NCBI RefSeq assembly: GCF_018977255.1
Contig: NW_024704742.1
Span: 124,498,001 to 124,562,000 of the forward strand
Direction of reading: 5' to 3'
DNA from: Callorhinchus milii
Taxonomy: Eukaryota
DNA: 64,000 nt
Part shown: positions 14,340-27,587 of the stretch, in pieces
Position numbering within the stretch: position 1 is the first letter of the stretch
How the letters are laid out: every line of letters starts with the position of its first letter
The notes under the pieces: model-generated
Databases searched by the model: none
The model's input: the letters and a program-made list of their open reading frames with translations, nothing else
What the model was told of the DNA's origin: nothing
Program-made: the position numbers and the translations under genes

Positions 14340-15090
14340 TAAATACTCTTTGGCTCTCGTTAACGTCTAAAATCTCACGGCTCTCACTTCCTCCACCTAT
14401 CCGACCTCCCCCTAAAACTCTCAAAACCCGTACGCAACCTAGGCATCAGGTTTGACCCCCAATTATCCTTCCTCCCCCACATCTGGTTCCTCACCAGCAC
14501 CGCCTTCTTCCAACTCCAACACATCACCCATCTCCGCCAATACCTCTCTCCGAAAGCCACTAAAACCCTAGTCCATACCTTTGTTACCTCTCAGTTGGAC
14601 TATTCTAACGCCCTCCTCGCCGGTCTCCCATCCACTACCATCCATAAAATCCAGATCATTCAAAACTCTGCCGCCTGCATTCTCACCCGCACCCCACTGC
14701 ACTGCACTGGCTCCCTGTCCCAGAGAGGATCGACTTCAAGATCCTCACCGATCACCCCACTGCACTGCACTGGCTCCCTGTCCCAGAGAGGATCGACTTC
14801 AAGATCCTCACCTTTGTATTCAAATCCCTCTACTCCTCTGCACCCCCCTACCTCTCTGCATTCAGCCACTATGGCCCGAGGCTCTGGAATTCTCTTCCTC
14901 ACTCCCTTCGCCTCGCACCCTCTCTTCCTATTTTCAGGTCTCTGCTGAAGACCTTTCTCTTCGACCGCGCCTTTGGTCACCTTTCTCCCCATCCCCCTGG
15001 CTCGGCCCCAGGATCCGTTACTGTGAAGAGCACTGAGACGCCATTCGGCGTGGAGAGCGCTATATAAATCCAAGTTGTTGTTGTTGATGT
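14340..15090 (+). mobile_element. L2 LINE 3' fragment with an internal 63-bp tandem duplication
   Basis: LDYSNALLAGLP..IHKIQIIQNSAA; 63-nt unit repeated at 14690 and 14753; tail gcgctatataaatccaag(ttg)n. Confidence 0.85.
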
Positions 15091-16276
15091 GACTGTATGC
15101 ACTTTGTGGGCGATAGAGTGGAAAAGCAGAGGGATAGAGGCAGGGAATTCCAGAGGTTAGGGTGTAATGACTGAAGACTCGGTCACCGATGGTGGCATGG
15201 AGAGGGTGGAAGAGGCGCAGCATTAGCTGGGCAAAGAGGAAAGGCAAAGCAGTGAAGTACGAGCAGATCAGGGAGATAGGAAGGTGCTGGGGGGTGAAGG
15301 GATTTATATGTGAGGGGAACCATTTGAAATCAATTAATGATTACAAATTATTTTGGTGATGCAATGTAGAATACACATTTAACACAACACTAAGTGTAAA
15401 GTAGATAAGTCCGATTTGGTTCTCAATAGAGTTTAATTCAAAACAGCAGTAGATTTCCAAGTGAGAGATTCTCCAGTCATTGGGAGAATACTGTATATTG
15501 TCCACTGGTTCATCAATTAAAACTTGGTGGTGAGTTTATAATGAAAAATCCTATTTTGTGAACTGAAGGACCAGTAGAAAATTTCCGCCAAGGTCCAGAC
15601 ATTAACCAATGACTAGAGAATAATCAGTATAGTAATATCAGGGAAAGAAACTTTGGTTTAAAATCTAAAATAAATTTTGAAACCACTTCTATTCCTTGCT
15701 GACCACAGAGTCTGGAAAATGGTGTGCAGGGATGCCCAATACAAGGAAGGACCCAAGAACACAACTATAGGTCGGGTTTAGTTTTATCTGTAGTTACTAG
15801 ACTGAGTAACTTTCTATTTTGCTTTTCCTTTATGATATATTCTGAAGACAATGTTGAAAAACCTTAACACGTGATAATCGATTAAGAAATCCCAGACTTG
15901 GCAAGACATCAGCTTGACAATGAGAAGAAGTCAGGCTGAAACTTGAATGAACTAAAATGAATGAACTTGCATAATACTAATGCCACAGCAATGCTTCTAA
16001 TGCAGTAAAAAATACTGCCTAACTGTAGAAGAAGACACCAGTAGCCAATGTGTTGATTAGCCATGCGGGGATCTTTCTACAATTTGAGATCAAGCACAAT
16101 GCTCACCTAAACCATGAATATCAAAAGCAAAAGCTTGATAAAGCAAAATTACATATATTTTGATCATTACATTATTTTGGGAATGCTGCCACCCATGTAT
16201 AGCACTTATTTTTAAGTAAACACATCCCAAGGAGAAGTGAAAGAAAGAACTTGGAATTTTATTGTGCTTCATCATA

Positions 16277-16586
16277 TAATAATAATCCTTGCATTTGATA
16301 TAGCGCATTTCACATCTTCCAGACATCTCATAGCCCTTCACAGAATAGACTGTATAGTGAATTGACTGTATACTTGTGGGCGAAATGCGGCAGCCAGTTG
16401 CGCACAGCAGTGTTCCACAAACAGTCTGGGATTGAAATGACCAATTTATTATTGTTTTTTTTCTTGAGGGATTATTATCAGGCGTGTGGAGTAAGGAAAC
16501 TTGCCCAAGGTTTCACCCTGCCGGGAATTGAACCCGGGTCTCTCGCTTGCAAAGCACGTGCTCTAACCACTGAGCTACAGGAGTCC
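16277..16586 (-). mobile_element. tRNA-derived SINE (short form)
   Basis: Reverse complement of the SINE head, core and tail. Confidence 0.9.
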
Positions 16587-17119
16587 ATAACATTGTCAAA
16601 AACAATTCACAGCAAATGCAAACACAGCAGAGATTTTGCATACAGCAAGATTCCAAACAGCTATGAAGTCAATCTGCTAAGCCCATCTGCAAAGTTCAAT
16701 TTGCAAAGAATAAAATGAGCCCCAAAGCCTGATTTGGAAGTGGGAAGACCCAAACCACTGAAAGGTGACATAGATTAGTCAACAGTTAACAGAATTTTTC
16801 CACGTCAAATACATGTCTGAACTCCTGATAACTAGACTCAAGCTTAACTTGTCACTACCACTTAAGTATTCATGCTGTCAATATCCTGGCTGTATTTATT
16901 CATGTATTTATACATATGCCTAACTTGCCACTCTGGATAACTCGTCACTGAGCACTTTTCCCTTGGATTAAAGAGTTATCAGTTTTCTGTAGTTGGTAAT
17001 TTCTCAAACCAAGAATCATCAGCATCATATTCATACAGGAACAAATGCTGAAATTATTAGTCTAACCCTGAGGTACAGTCTAAAATTACAGTACAGTCTT
17101 AGTCTAACATCTAACAATT

Positions 17120-17890
17120 ATAGATAAGTGTGAGGTGGTATATTTTGTAGGAGGAATAAGGAGGTCACATACTGCCTGAAAAATAAAAATCTAAATAGGG
17201 TAGAGGAGCAAAGGGATCTAGGGGGACAGATACACAAATCGCTGGAAGTAGCGAGGTAGGTTAAGGCCATAAAAAANGCAAATCAAGTGTTGGGGTTCAT
17301 TTCTAGAGGATTTGAAATGAAAAGCAGGGAAGTTATGTTAAACTTATATTGAAACTTGGTTAGATCACACTTGGAGTATTGTGTACAGTTCTGGTCCCCA
17401 TATTACAGGAAGGATGTAGAGGCACTGGAGAAGCGGCAAATGAGATTTACAAGGATGATACTGGAACTGCGAGGTTATACCTAACAGGAAAGTCTGAACA
17501 AGCTTGGACTCTTCTCTTGAAAAGAGAAGGGTAAGTGGTGACCTAATAGAGGCTCTTAAAGTTATGAAAGGTTTTAATAGGGTAGACATAGAGAAGATGT
17601 TTCCACTTGTGGGGGAAACCAAAACCAGGGGCCATCAATATAAAATAGTCACCAATAAATCAAATAGGGAAGTCAGAGGAAACTTCTTTACTCAGAGAGT
17701 GGTGGCTACCACAAGTAGTTGAGGTGAATAGCGTAGATGCATTTAAGGAGAAGCTAGTACATGAGGGAGAAAGGAATAGAAGATTATGCTGATAAGCTTA
17801 GTTGAGGAACGGCAGGAGGCTCATGTAGAGCATAAACACCAGCATAGACTAGTTGGGCCAAGTGGCCTGTTTCTGTGCTGTATATTCTAT
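17120..17890 (+). mobile_element. CR1 LINE 3' fragment
   Basis: LEKRRVSGDLIEALKVMKGFNRVD...FFTQRVV; cacacttggagtattgtgtacagttctggtc. Confidence 0.88.
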
Positions 17891-20800
17891 GGAATTACAC
17901 CAGACTTGATGGCCAAAAGCTTTGCTTCTGTGCTGTGGACAGGCTCACAGAAGCAGGGCTTTCGGCCATCAAGTCTGGTGGATTTCCCTACATGAACCAC
18001 TAATACCACTCCATGAACAGTTTAATATTCCTTTTTTTAAGCATTTGTCAAAATCCCTTTTGAATTTCTGGACCCTGCTTCAACATGGTTTATGACATTC
18101 CAACAAACCTCTGGGTAACAAAAAATATTTTCCAACCTCCGCTTTAATTTCTTTTGTGATCATTTTAAACATGTGTTCTAACTTAAATGCAGTATATCTG
18201 AAAACATTATGAAGTTAAAATTTTGGCATTTGTGAGTCTATGCAATTTGATGTAAAAATGATTTCTTCCAGTACAATGCAGAATTTCTCCCCAAAATCCA
18301 ATCAAGTTATTTCTGTGATAAAATTATCAGCCATAAGGTAAGAAAAATTCTACAGATAAAATGACAGAGGAGGTACATCTACTGAATCACAGTAGCCTTT
18401 TTCAATATGACAGTACGTACTTAAGACTGTACCTCAATGTTAGACTAATGCACAAAATTGTTTTTAAACAATTTCAGTACTTTGATTGCTTATAATTTAT
18501 TTAACATGTCCACATTATATATTTTTGTAATCAAGTATAGTAAACCAAGTAATTAAAATTTGGTAAATCAATCACAAGACAAATAATGGTCTGTAACAAG
18601 ACTGCCTTAAAGCAGGAAAATGGTTAGATCAGAACATATAGTTGCAAAGGGATGACAGACCTTTAGCAATATAATATTTTAGTATTAGCCTAACAGTTGT
18701 CATCACCCTGAGGTATGTTTTGGCTCAATCAGAACCAGTGATGCAGAGTTTAATTCAGCCGTGCTTTCAGCAATTTTGTGTTAACCACCCACAAGGACTT
18801 TTATCACATAATATCTGCTACAATAACATGAAAGTCAGTAGTCAAGCATCAAAGGACTGTAAAGGACATAAGCAAGCAAGGAGGGCCCTAAGGGGTAAAT
18901 CACTAGTGATGTGCAGTCACAGCCAGCAGTGTCTGGGAATTTAAAAGATGCTTCGCATAATCTTGGTTGCACAATTTTTAGCTGTCAGTCCAACAGAAAC
19001 AGGACACCAGACCCAGGTAAAAGGACCAAATCTCATGGAAAATATATACTCAACATATTTTTAAATTTTAAATTAGTTTAATTCTCAAACTTGCCCCACT
19101 GAAACCTGTAGAGAAACAGCCTGGATAATCTGTTTATACTTTACTATTGTGGTACTACCTGTATTTCAATGAAAGGGAATTCACCCATCAAACTGGCCAA
19201 TATTCCTTCCTCAATTGAATTTCATCATAAAATGACTGATTGGCTATTCATCTTATTGCTATTTGGTGACTCTGCTGGCATAAATTAGCACCATTTTCCC
19301 TAGATAACTAGGAGTCACTAGACTACACCATTAATTGTATGAAACATTTGAGATGCTTCAATAGAAGGCATTATATATATATCTTGGCGTTCGATACAAA
19401 TCACTCTTAATTTCTAAAGAAACCAACTATTTTCAATCAAATCTAAATAGAGGATGCAGGAGGAACACCACCCTTTTAGCTCTGCCTGGAGAATACCGAT
19501 GAAGGTTGGAAGAAGCCAAGGCATTAAGAGTCCCAAAGTGTAAGCGAATGTACTCTTAGAATGAAACCAGTTAAAACTAGTTTACCAGCACAAAGTACTG
19601 GGTGCAATCTGGATGTCGATGAGAACAAGTTTGGGCACATTAGACATTTACCCTCCACAATTTTAGAGCCTGATAACATTCATAGTCTAAGCTAACGGGT
19701 GAAGAATGGCAGGAATTAAATTCAAGTTCTAATTCAAGTTGTTTTAGCTGATTTCTAAACTCACTGAATTATTACAGTAACAATAAATAAGGCAGTCAGA
19801 TGGAAGCTTTTAGGAGTACAGTACTCCACAACAAATAGCTTTAGTGGGTGAAAATATTTATCTTCTACGTAAATGCTGACATGTTTATAAAGAACACAAC
19901 AGGAAGTTTTTTTAATTAAATTGTTCCCTACCAATAAACTCCCATGAATAACGCTGTATGTTGTCTTAACTTTACTTATTTTTTTCTAAAATATCCAGCT
20001 GCATACTTAAAAATACTGCAATACAAAACATCGCCTATTGATTCTCATCATTTTACATACAATACCACAATCAAACTGAATACAAGAAACAGATCCAGTT
20101 GTCTGCAATTAGTAATCAGCAGATCTAACATTAAAGGCATGTTTTGGTCATCCCTTCCCAGCATTTTGGTCTCTGCTACTACGCTAATTATAGTATATTC
20201 ATAATTATTTCATTAATTATATACAATAGAATTAATTAGCTTTCCGGGGATAATAACCACTCAAAAAAAATCCTTAATTGTTCGTGGGACATTGTTGTGG
20301 GCAATTGGCTGCTGTATTTTGTCCACAAAATACCGTCACTACACTTTACAGTATATTCTATGAAGCGACCTAGACATCTCAACGCCGTGAAAAGGTGACA
20401 TATCAAATGCAAGGATTATTATTAATGTAAAATGTTCTATATTGGTAAAAAGGCACTCCTCAATTACCAAAGGAAACCTCCAGCCTATTTGTCCACCCCT
20501 ACCATTCAACCATAATCAAGTGCTCTCTCCTTTTCCCATCCCCAAGCCCCCAACAACAGCACAGGAACCCATGTACCAGCATATATTATCTTCATTGCAA
20601 AACAAAATTATCTACGTATAGATAATAATATTGCTCATGCTGATAGTGAACATTGATATTCTGCCAGGAAAAATGAACATCATCTACTATTTGATTAGGA
20701 TCAATGTTCAAATAAAAAGTCATAACATTCTTGTACTTCTAGGTGGCAACACAAAATTTGGCTGATTCGATAATCACATGCAATAATATATATTGCTTTC

Positions 20801-21544
20801 TAAATAAAATGTTTTGAAAGAAAATGAAAAAAAATCTCAAAACCAAATTAAAAACATTAGAAGTCAAACTTACAAATGACAGCTGCAAGACAAACTATTT
20901 GCTATCTTCCAGAGGTGGAGAGTGTTTGGGAGCAATTGAAGAAAACTCTTTGAGGCTGACCTGGCTTTGTCCATAAAACTTGGTGAGGCCAGATCAGTCA
21001 CTGGAGACAGGGATTCTTCTCACTTGGTGCCTGTTAACCCTTCTCACCACAAGAGTAGCTGGACATGCAAGGTGAAACATGCAGACTTTGTTCACAATGG
21101 CAAGCTACACAGTTTTAGTTGTGTCACGGTAGGTTAAACTCCCCTCCCGGTGAACCCCAACATGCACTCTTGGGTCCACTTCTGCTTAATAAATTCTGGG
21201 ATTAGGCAAGCAGGATGTTCCTGTCTAGGAATGGCACATCATCCCAGACAACATGAAATTTCCAAGAAGATGTGAAACTCTCAGGCTGGTGTGGATACTA
21301 ATAGGCATGTTGATGGGACCTCTGTCTGTGTCAACTGGCTGACCAACAAAAAAAATGAAAAACAAACTTTTTTTGAATACAACAATAATGATTATCTTTG
21401 CTTAGATCTGTATTTGTCACAAATCCTACTATAATTTATCATTTATAATTTGTATGAATGTTTAATAAATTGGCCTTCAACAAAAGATCATATTCAAATA
21501 CATGATAATAATACTTGTATTTGATACAGCCCATTATCATGTGC

Positions 21545-22060
21545 TTTGGAAGGATGTTAAGGCATTGGAAAGGGTGCAGAGGAGATTTACGAGGATGGTA
21601 CCAGGAATGAGGGACCTTGATTATGAGAAAGGCGAGAGAGGTTAGGATTATTCTCATTGGAGCAGAGAAGGTTACGAGGAGACCTAATAGAGGTCTTCAA
21701 AATCATGAGGGCATTTGATAGGTTAGAAAGGGAAAAACTGTTTCCACTGGTGGGTGTGTCGGTGTCTCAAGGTCACAGATTCAAAATAGTATCTAAAAGC
21801 AGAGGGGAGGTGAGAATAAATGTTTTCACGCAACAAGTTGTTCGAATCTGGAAAGCATTGCCTGAAAGGGTGGTCGAGGCCGATTCGATAACTACTTCTA
21901 AAAATGCGGTGGATGGGTATTTGAGGAGGATGGGTTTACAGGGTTATGGAGAAAGAGCTGGTGAGTGGGATTGACATTAATTGCTCCATTCAAAGAGCCG
22001 GCACAAACTCAATGGGCCGAATGGCCTCTTTTTGTGCTGTACGATTCCATGATTCTATGT
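21545..22060 (+). mobile_element. CR1 LINE 3' fragment
   Basis: LEQRRLRGDLIEVFKIMR...FTQQVVRIWKALP; 3' end gggccgaatggcctc...(attctatg)-like tail. Confidence 0.88.
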
Positions 22061-22287
22061 CATTGAGACACCTCAAAGCACTTCACAGAATATATTGTAA
22101 AGTGGTTTAATTGTGGGCAAAAACATGGCAGTCAATAGCCTGTAGTTTAGTGAATGATTAGTAACTTGAGGATTTATTTATAATCTGTTCAATACTCTTT
22201 TAGTTAACTATTCAGAGTACTCAACTGAAAAACATTCATTCCAAATTTACTGTGGAAAAAAATGTTTACTTCAGAAGCTATATTGTA

Positions 22288-23022
22288 GAGTCCTGAAGGT
22301 CAGTGGTGAGAGCCCTCCCCTCGCAAGCGAGAGGCATGGGTTCGATTCACGGCAGGGCGAAGTGTTGGGCAAGTTTCCTTACTCCACACGCCTCTGTTTA
22401 CCTAGCAGTAAGTAGGAACCCAGTTGTTAGTCGATTGGCGGCTCCCTTTTCTGAGGGTAATAATCCCTTCAAAAAAATAATAAATTGATCACTCCAATCC
22501 ATGGCTGTTTGTAGGATACTGCTGTGTGTAATTGGCTGCCGGTTTTCGCCCACAAAAAAATACAGTCAATTTACTTTACAGTATATTCTGTGAAGTGCTT
22601 TGAGACATCTCAAAGACATGATAAGGCTACATCAAATGCAAGGATTATTATTATTATTATATGTTATATGCCTATATAAGTCCTAAAATGCAGATAAATA
22701 GAAATTCTGTGGAGTCCTGTACCTCAATGGTTAGAGCACTCGCCTTGCAAGCGAGATACCTGGGTTCAATTCCAGGCAGGGCGAAACCTTGGGCAAGTTT
22801 CCTTACTCCACACGCCTAATAATAATCCCTCCAAAAACAAAACAATAATAAATTGGTCATTTTCAATCTACGACTGTTTGTGGGACACTGCTGTGTGCAA
22901 TTGGCTGCTGCGTTTCGCCCACAAATACATATGGTCAATTCACTTTACAGTATATTCTGTGAAGCGCTTTGAGACATCTAGAAGACGTGAAAAGCGCTAT
23001 ATCAAATGAAAGGATTATTATT
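22288..23022 (+). mobile_element. Two head-to-tail tRNA-derived SINEs (long form 22288-22660, short form 22711-23022)
   Basis: Two full head/core/tail units separated by about 50 nt. Confidence 0.9.
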
Positions 23023-24075
23023 AAATTCTGGATATGGTTGAATTTTGAAAAAAGGTGTTTGATTCGCCTCAGAAATAGAAATAAGTAAACATTTTAGAAT
23101 CATATCTGAAATATTAACCCATTCTTTGCTTAAATAACTGGTCTTCCTGCTTACAAGGGGAAATGCTGCAATCCTGGGGGAGTGCTGTATTACCATTGTT
23201 GTCATTCACGTTATGGGCATTTGTGCAATCTTGCTGGTGCAAATGGTTGTCCCAGTTGTCTGAAGAGTAATCACATTACTTATTTGTGAAGCATTTTGAA
23301 ATGTTTCAAGGTGATAATGCACCATACAAATGCACAATCTTTCTTTATTACATATAAATGTGCACTAGAATATTTTGGAAGAATCTAAATGGAAATATAC
23401 CCTAAATTGTGATATTCTCAAAGAAGTCAAGGAAAGAAGGGACCTGGTGGTGCAATGTACAAGATAATGCTAAAGCCAAGAGGATATAATAATAACGAAA
23501 GATTTCAAAATACTGTACTACAAGCAGAGAGGATCCAGAAGCATTAAAAAAATGTGGAAATATTTAAGTGAGTGAAGAGATTATTTCTACTGCTTAGTGA
23601 ATGGGAAACTCAAGATTGTTGCTAGAAACATAATAATAATAATCCTTGCATTTGATACAGTGCCTTATCATGTCTTTGAGATGTCCCAAAACTGTTCACA
23701 AGATATACTGTCAAATGAATTGACTGTATATTTTGTGGGAAAACACGGCAGCCAATTTCGCACAGCATAGTCCCACAAAATCAGAAAATTGGATAGCATA
23801 ATGATTCAAGTGCTGACCTGATTTAGGGTAAACAATTTCCTTTCGTGCTTAAAATTTCTATTATTCTAAAAATATGCAGTAATGAATCTTATTAGTTTGT
23901 GAACATATACAGTTCAGCAACATCCTCCTCTTTTGAGCCAGTGAGCTACTATATATCCAAGCAAAAAAAATTCAATTCCCAAGAAATGAGTGTAGAAACA
24001 AGACATTAATGGCAAACTCACAAGGTAATCACAATGTAGAGCAACACTACTAATGATTACATCAGTCAGCGTTGT

Positions 24076-24426
24076 GGAGTCCCGTAGCATAGTGGTTAGT
24101 GCTCTCACCTCGCAAGTGAGAGCAACTGGGTTTGATTCCCAGGCGTGGCAAAACCTTAAGCAAGTTTCCTTACTCCTCGGTTTAACCAGCAGTAAATAGG
24201 AACCCATTTATTGGCCAATTGGCAGATCTCTTCCCGGGGGTAATAATCCTTTTAAAAAAAATTTGGTCACTCAACCCATGAGTGTTTGTCGCAGTGCACA
24301 ATTGGTTGCTGGATTTCGCCCACAAAATACACAGTGAATCCACTTTTGAGTATATTCTGTGAAGCGCTTTGAGACATCTCAATGACATCATAAGGCTCCA
24401 TAGCAAATGCAAGGATTATTATTATT
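24076..24426 (+). mobile_element. tRNA-derived SINE (long form, diverged)
   Basis: ggagtcccgtagcatagtggttag...caaatgcaaggattattatt. Confidence 0.85.
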
Positions 24427-25033
24427 ACATGGCGGAGTAACTTTAATCATAATCACATAGCAGAGTAGTGTTATTCATGATAACTTTGTAGTGATCAGAA
24501 GCCATCCCAAAACGTTTAACAGCACTGGCTGGACACCTGAATTTGGGAGGGGAAAGATGATCGAAAGCGTGGTCAATGAGGTAGATCTTGAGATGGACCT
24601 TGAATAAGTGAGGCAGTGAGTCGGAAGGACTCCGGGATGGAGTTCCAGAGAGTGCGGGCAGAAACGCTCACATTGTGGGGGCAACATTATTGGCAATTAC
24701 ATTGCGAAGCAACATTACTGATGATCAAATTGTGGAGTAACGTTATTGATGATCGTATTGTGGAGTAACATTATTGGTGATAATAATAACCCTTGCATTT
24801 GATGTAGCGCTTTTCACGTCTTCCCGACGTCTCAAAAGCGCTTTACAGAACATGCGGTGAAGTGAATTGACTGCACGTTTGTGGGCGAAAAGCGGCAGCC
24901 AATTGCGCACAGCGGTGTCCCACAAAGGATTGAAAATGACCGATTTATTAATGGTTTTCTTGGTTTGGGAGGGAATATTATCACGTTGTGGAGTAACGTC
25001 GATGATGATCACATTGTGGAGCAAAGTCATTGA
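24424..25033. repeat. Degenerate ~28-bp minisatellite (atcacattgtggagtaacattattgatg) split by TE insertions
   Basis: About four units at 24668-24780, two at 24980-25033 and weaker units at 24424-24490; L2-like piece and minus-strand SINE piece in between. Confidence 0.7.
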
Positions 25034-25250
25034 CCTGCCTGCTGCCTGGCTGCCTGCCTGCTGCCTGGCTGCCCACTGCCTGGCTGCCTGCCTGCTGCCT
25101 GGCTGCCCACTGCCTGGCTGCCTGCCTGCTGCCTGGCTGCCCACTGCCTGCTGCCTGGCTGCTGCCTGGCTGCCCACTGCCTGCTGCCTGCCTGCTGCCT
25201 GGCTGCCCACTGCCTGCTGCCTGGCTGCCCACTGCCTGCTGCCTGCCTGC
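25034..25250. repeat. Compound CTGC/CTGG/CCCA tandem repeat
   Basis: ctgcctgctgcctggctgcccactgc... for about 220 nt; produces spurious low-complexity ORFs in several frames. Confidence 0.95.
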
Positions 25251-25269
25251 TGACTGGTACAGTCACAAG

Positions 25270-25426
25270 GTGATGGACGCTGCTGCCTGTGTCCGGGCCC
25301 AAACCCGGCAAAGTCCCTGCGGCGGCTGCTTCCCGAGGACAAGTCACCACTTACCGCACATTTACCGGGAGGGAAGTGGGTAACGCTGACAGAAATGTCG
25401 CCGCTCGGCCCGGGCACAGACTCCCC

Positions 25427-25459
<33 letters not shown>

Positions 25460-26400
25460 CGCGGCGGCGGCCTCCGCCACGAACGTCACCACGAAAACAA
25501 CCCGGAGCTTCCCCCGTGCACTCACAGGCAAAGGGGCAACTCTCCGGCCCTCCCTCCCTCCCTCTCCTCCTCCGCGCAGAAAACAAGAGAGAGAGAGAAA
25601 AAAAAGAAGAAAAGGGCTGCGGGGGGCGGGCGGGCGGGTGGCGGGGCTTTACCTGGTGGGCCCGGGCGGGGTCCGGGTGGCAGTCCAGGCCCGGCTCAGA
25701 GGTGTCAGGACGCTGAGCCGTTTGACGGCCGTTGACATTGAGGCCGCCATCTTGTCCCACCGGCGTGCACCGCGCGCCAGGCCCGACTACGCACGCGCAG
25801 CTCCCTCCCTCCCTCCCTCCCGGCCGCTGGTGGGGGAGGGGGAGGGGTGGGGGGGAGGGGGAGGGGGGAGTGGTGGGGGGTGGGGGGGAGCGGGAAATTA
25901 TACCTTTTTTAAAAAAAATCCAAACCATTACACACCCACAGCATTTCGCTTTATTATTATTATTATTATTGTTATTATTATTGCCTTCGCCACGCGCCGA
26001 GATGCACCTGCGTTTCACCGCCGATGCTTCTTCGTTTGAACCGCCGAACCGCAAACGTTTGCTCGCCCTCTGCCCTCTGCCCAAGTTGGCCGCCGCGTCC
26101 GACTCCACGTGCGCCGGGGATCTCCCGCGGAGTGCTTTTGAGACGTCTGGCCGTCGTGACAATGGCAAAGGCGAGGATTACCGTAAAATTGCTTTTGACA
26201 GTCCTCGTAGGCAAGCGACCGAATTAGAGGCAACTTCAGACGCGCGCGGTCTCCCATCATTGTTAAGCGCTCTGGGACGACCCTCGGCAATGGAGGGCGC
26301 TGGACAAATACGAGTCGTCGTCGTTGTTGTCGTTGTCGTTGTCGGTCACCTTTGAAAATGCTACGTGTTCTTGTCCTGTTTCCACGTCGACTTGGGGGTC
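25270..26400. promoter_or_regulatory. NDUFS4: CpG island / promoter of NDUFS4 with YY1 and NRF1-like motifs
   Basis: GC- and CpG-rich; GCCGCCATCTTG (YY1 consensus) overlaps the ATG at 25743-25754; ACGCACGCGCA (NRF1-like) near 25789-25799; G-runs at 25830-25890. Confidence 0.8.
25653..25750 (-). CDS. NDUFS4: NADH:ubiquinone oxidoreductase subunit S4, exon 1 (mitochondrial targeting peptide)
   Basis: caagATGGCGGCC...CCCACCAG|gtaaag; 98 nt, MAASMSTAVKRLSVLTPLSRAWTATRTPPGPT(R); Arg/Ser/Thr-rich with no acidic residues; same size as human exon 1; FST-NDUFS4 adjacency is known vertebrate synteny. Confidence 0.9.
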
Positions 26401-27573
26401 CCTGCACAAAACTGGCGAGGATTCATCTATGTGAAGTGATTCCAAGTTTGGACTCTGTTTTGCGAAATGGACAAACAAGTTAAGAATTGTTCCGAAGTCT
26501 GTGTTTAACAGTAGAGATATGTTTTCTCACATTTAATCGTATACTTTCATACAACTAATGTATGCATTTGTTTATAGTCTCCATGGAGGTTTAAAGCATG
26601 TTATGTATCTTATATAAATAACGACCAACGACACCATATCTGCTTTCATCGTTATTGTGAAGGAAAACTAAGTGACTATTCTTAACTGGATATAAATATG
26701 TCCAATGAAGGCATGTGCCATTTATACGATATGTCTAGCTCAGTGCTGCCTGACTAACATAATGTTCTAAGTACCAGATTCTGACTCCCAACAAAGCCTA
26801 TAATCCTGGTCACAATTCTGAGTTATCCTGTTTGGCAGTACTTTCACTGACCTTTGTTGTTTCGTGCTTATAATGAGCAATTCCCCATTTGTTCTAGCAA
26901 ATGTACTGTCGCCTAAGGGGAGAATGCGTCTTCAAGAAGAATTAAGGAAACGCATCACAGAATACGTCTGAACAGTTACTATTTCCTTTCGTAAAACATA
27001 ACAACTTGCAACAACATGTATTTGTTTTCTTAAGTGTCATGCTTAAATGGTAGCAAATCCACTGTTGGTAAACTACGTGCATTGAGAGACAACAATTAAT
27101 TTGGGATCATTGCCGCTTTTCTGTATTCTTTTTACTACTCTCTTGATATTTTAAGTGCATGCTGTAGAGTTGGTCATGGGTGTGCGCCAGAAATGTGAGG
27201 GTAGATAGAGAAATCTGAAATGCCAAGACTGCTTTTAATTATGATCAAGTTACTTGAGAATAGTTGTATGGTATTTATGTAACAATTTATGATCCATTAG
27301 AAGAAACTTGGTCCTAAACATGTTAAAAGAAGAGAAGTCCACAAGATATTCAAAATCAGACATCTGTGCAAGCATCTTATCCATTCGTTTTTGGTATGTT
27401 TCTCATTGTGTATATAGGCATTGTAATTTATTAAAGGGAGAATAGAAAAGTTTGAGCAAAATGTTGTTTTTATAGAAAACCAAGATTCCCTTATATTCCA
27501 TTTCAGAACTTTAATTCTTGTGGCAGGGTTATTCAGACAGGGGAACAGTGTAAAATGGAAATTCCTATGGCTT

Positions 27574-27587
27574 TTTATTGTTTTATT
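27574..27587 (-). terminator. FST: Tandem AATAAA polyadenylation signals, probable FST 3' end
   Basis: tttatt on + at 27574-27579 and 27582-27587 (another at 27427-27432), at the end of an AU-rich region downstream of the FST stop. Confidence 0.55.

Noticed and set aside
24424..25250. Repeat-spacer-like pattern suggesting a CRISPR array
   Set aside because: Eukaryotic context, degenerate adjacent units, no unique regular spacers and no cas genes.
24743..26407. Long overlapping ORFs (up to 262 aa) around the NDUFS4 promoter
   Set aside because: Products of GC-rich and simple-repeat sequence; only the 98-nt exon has homology and splice support.
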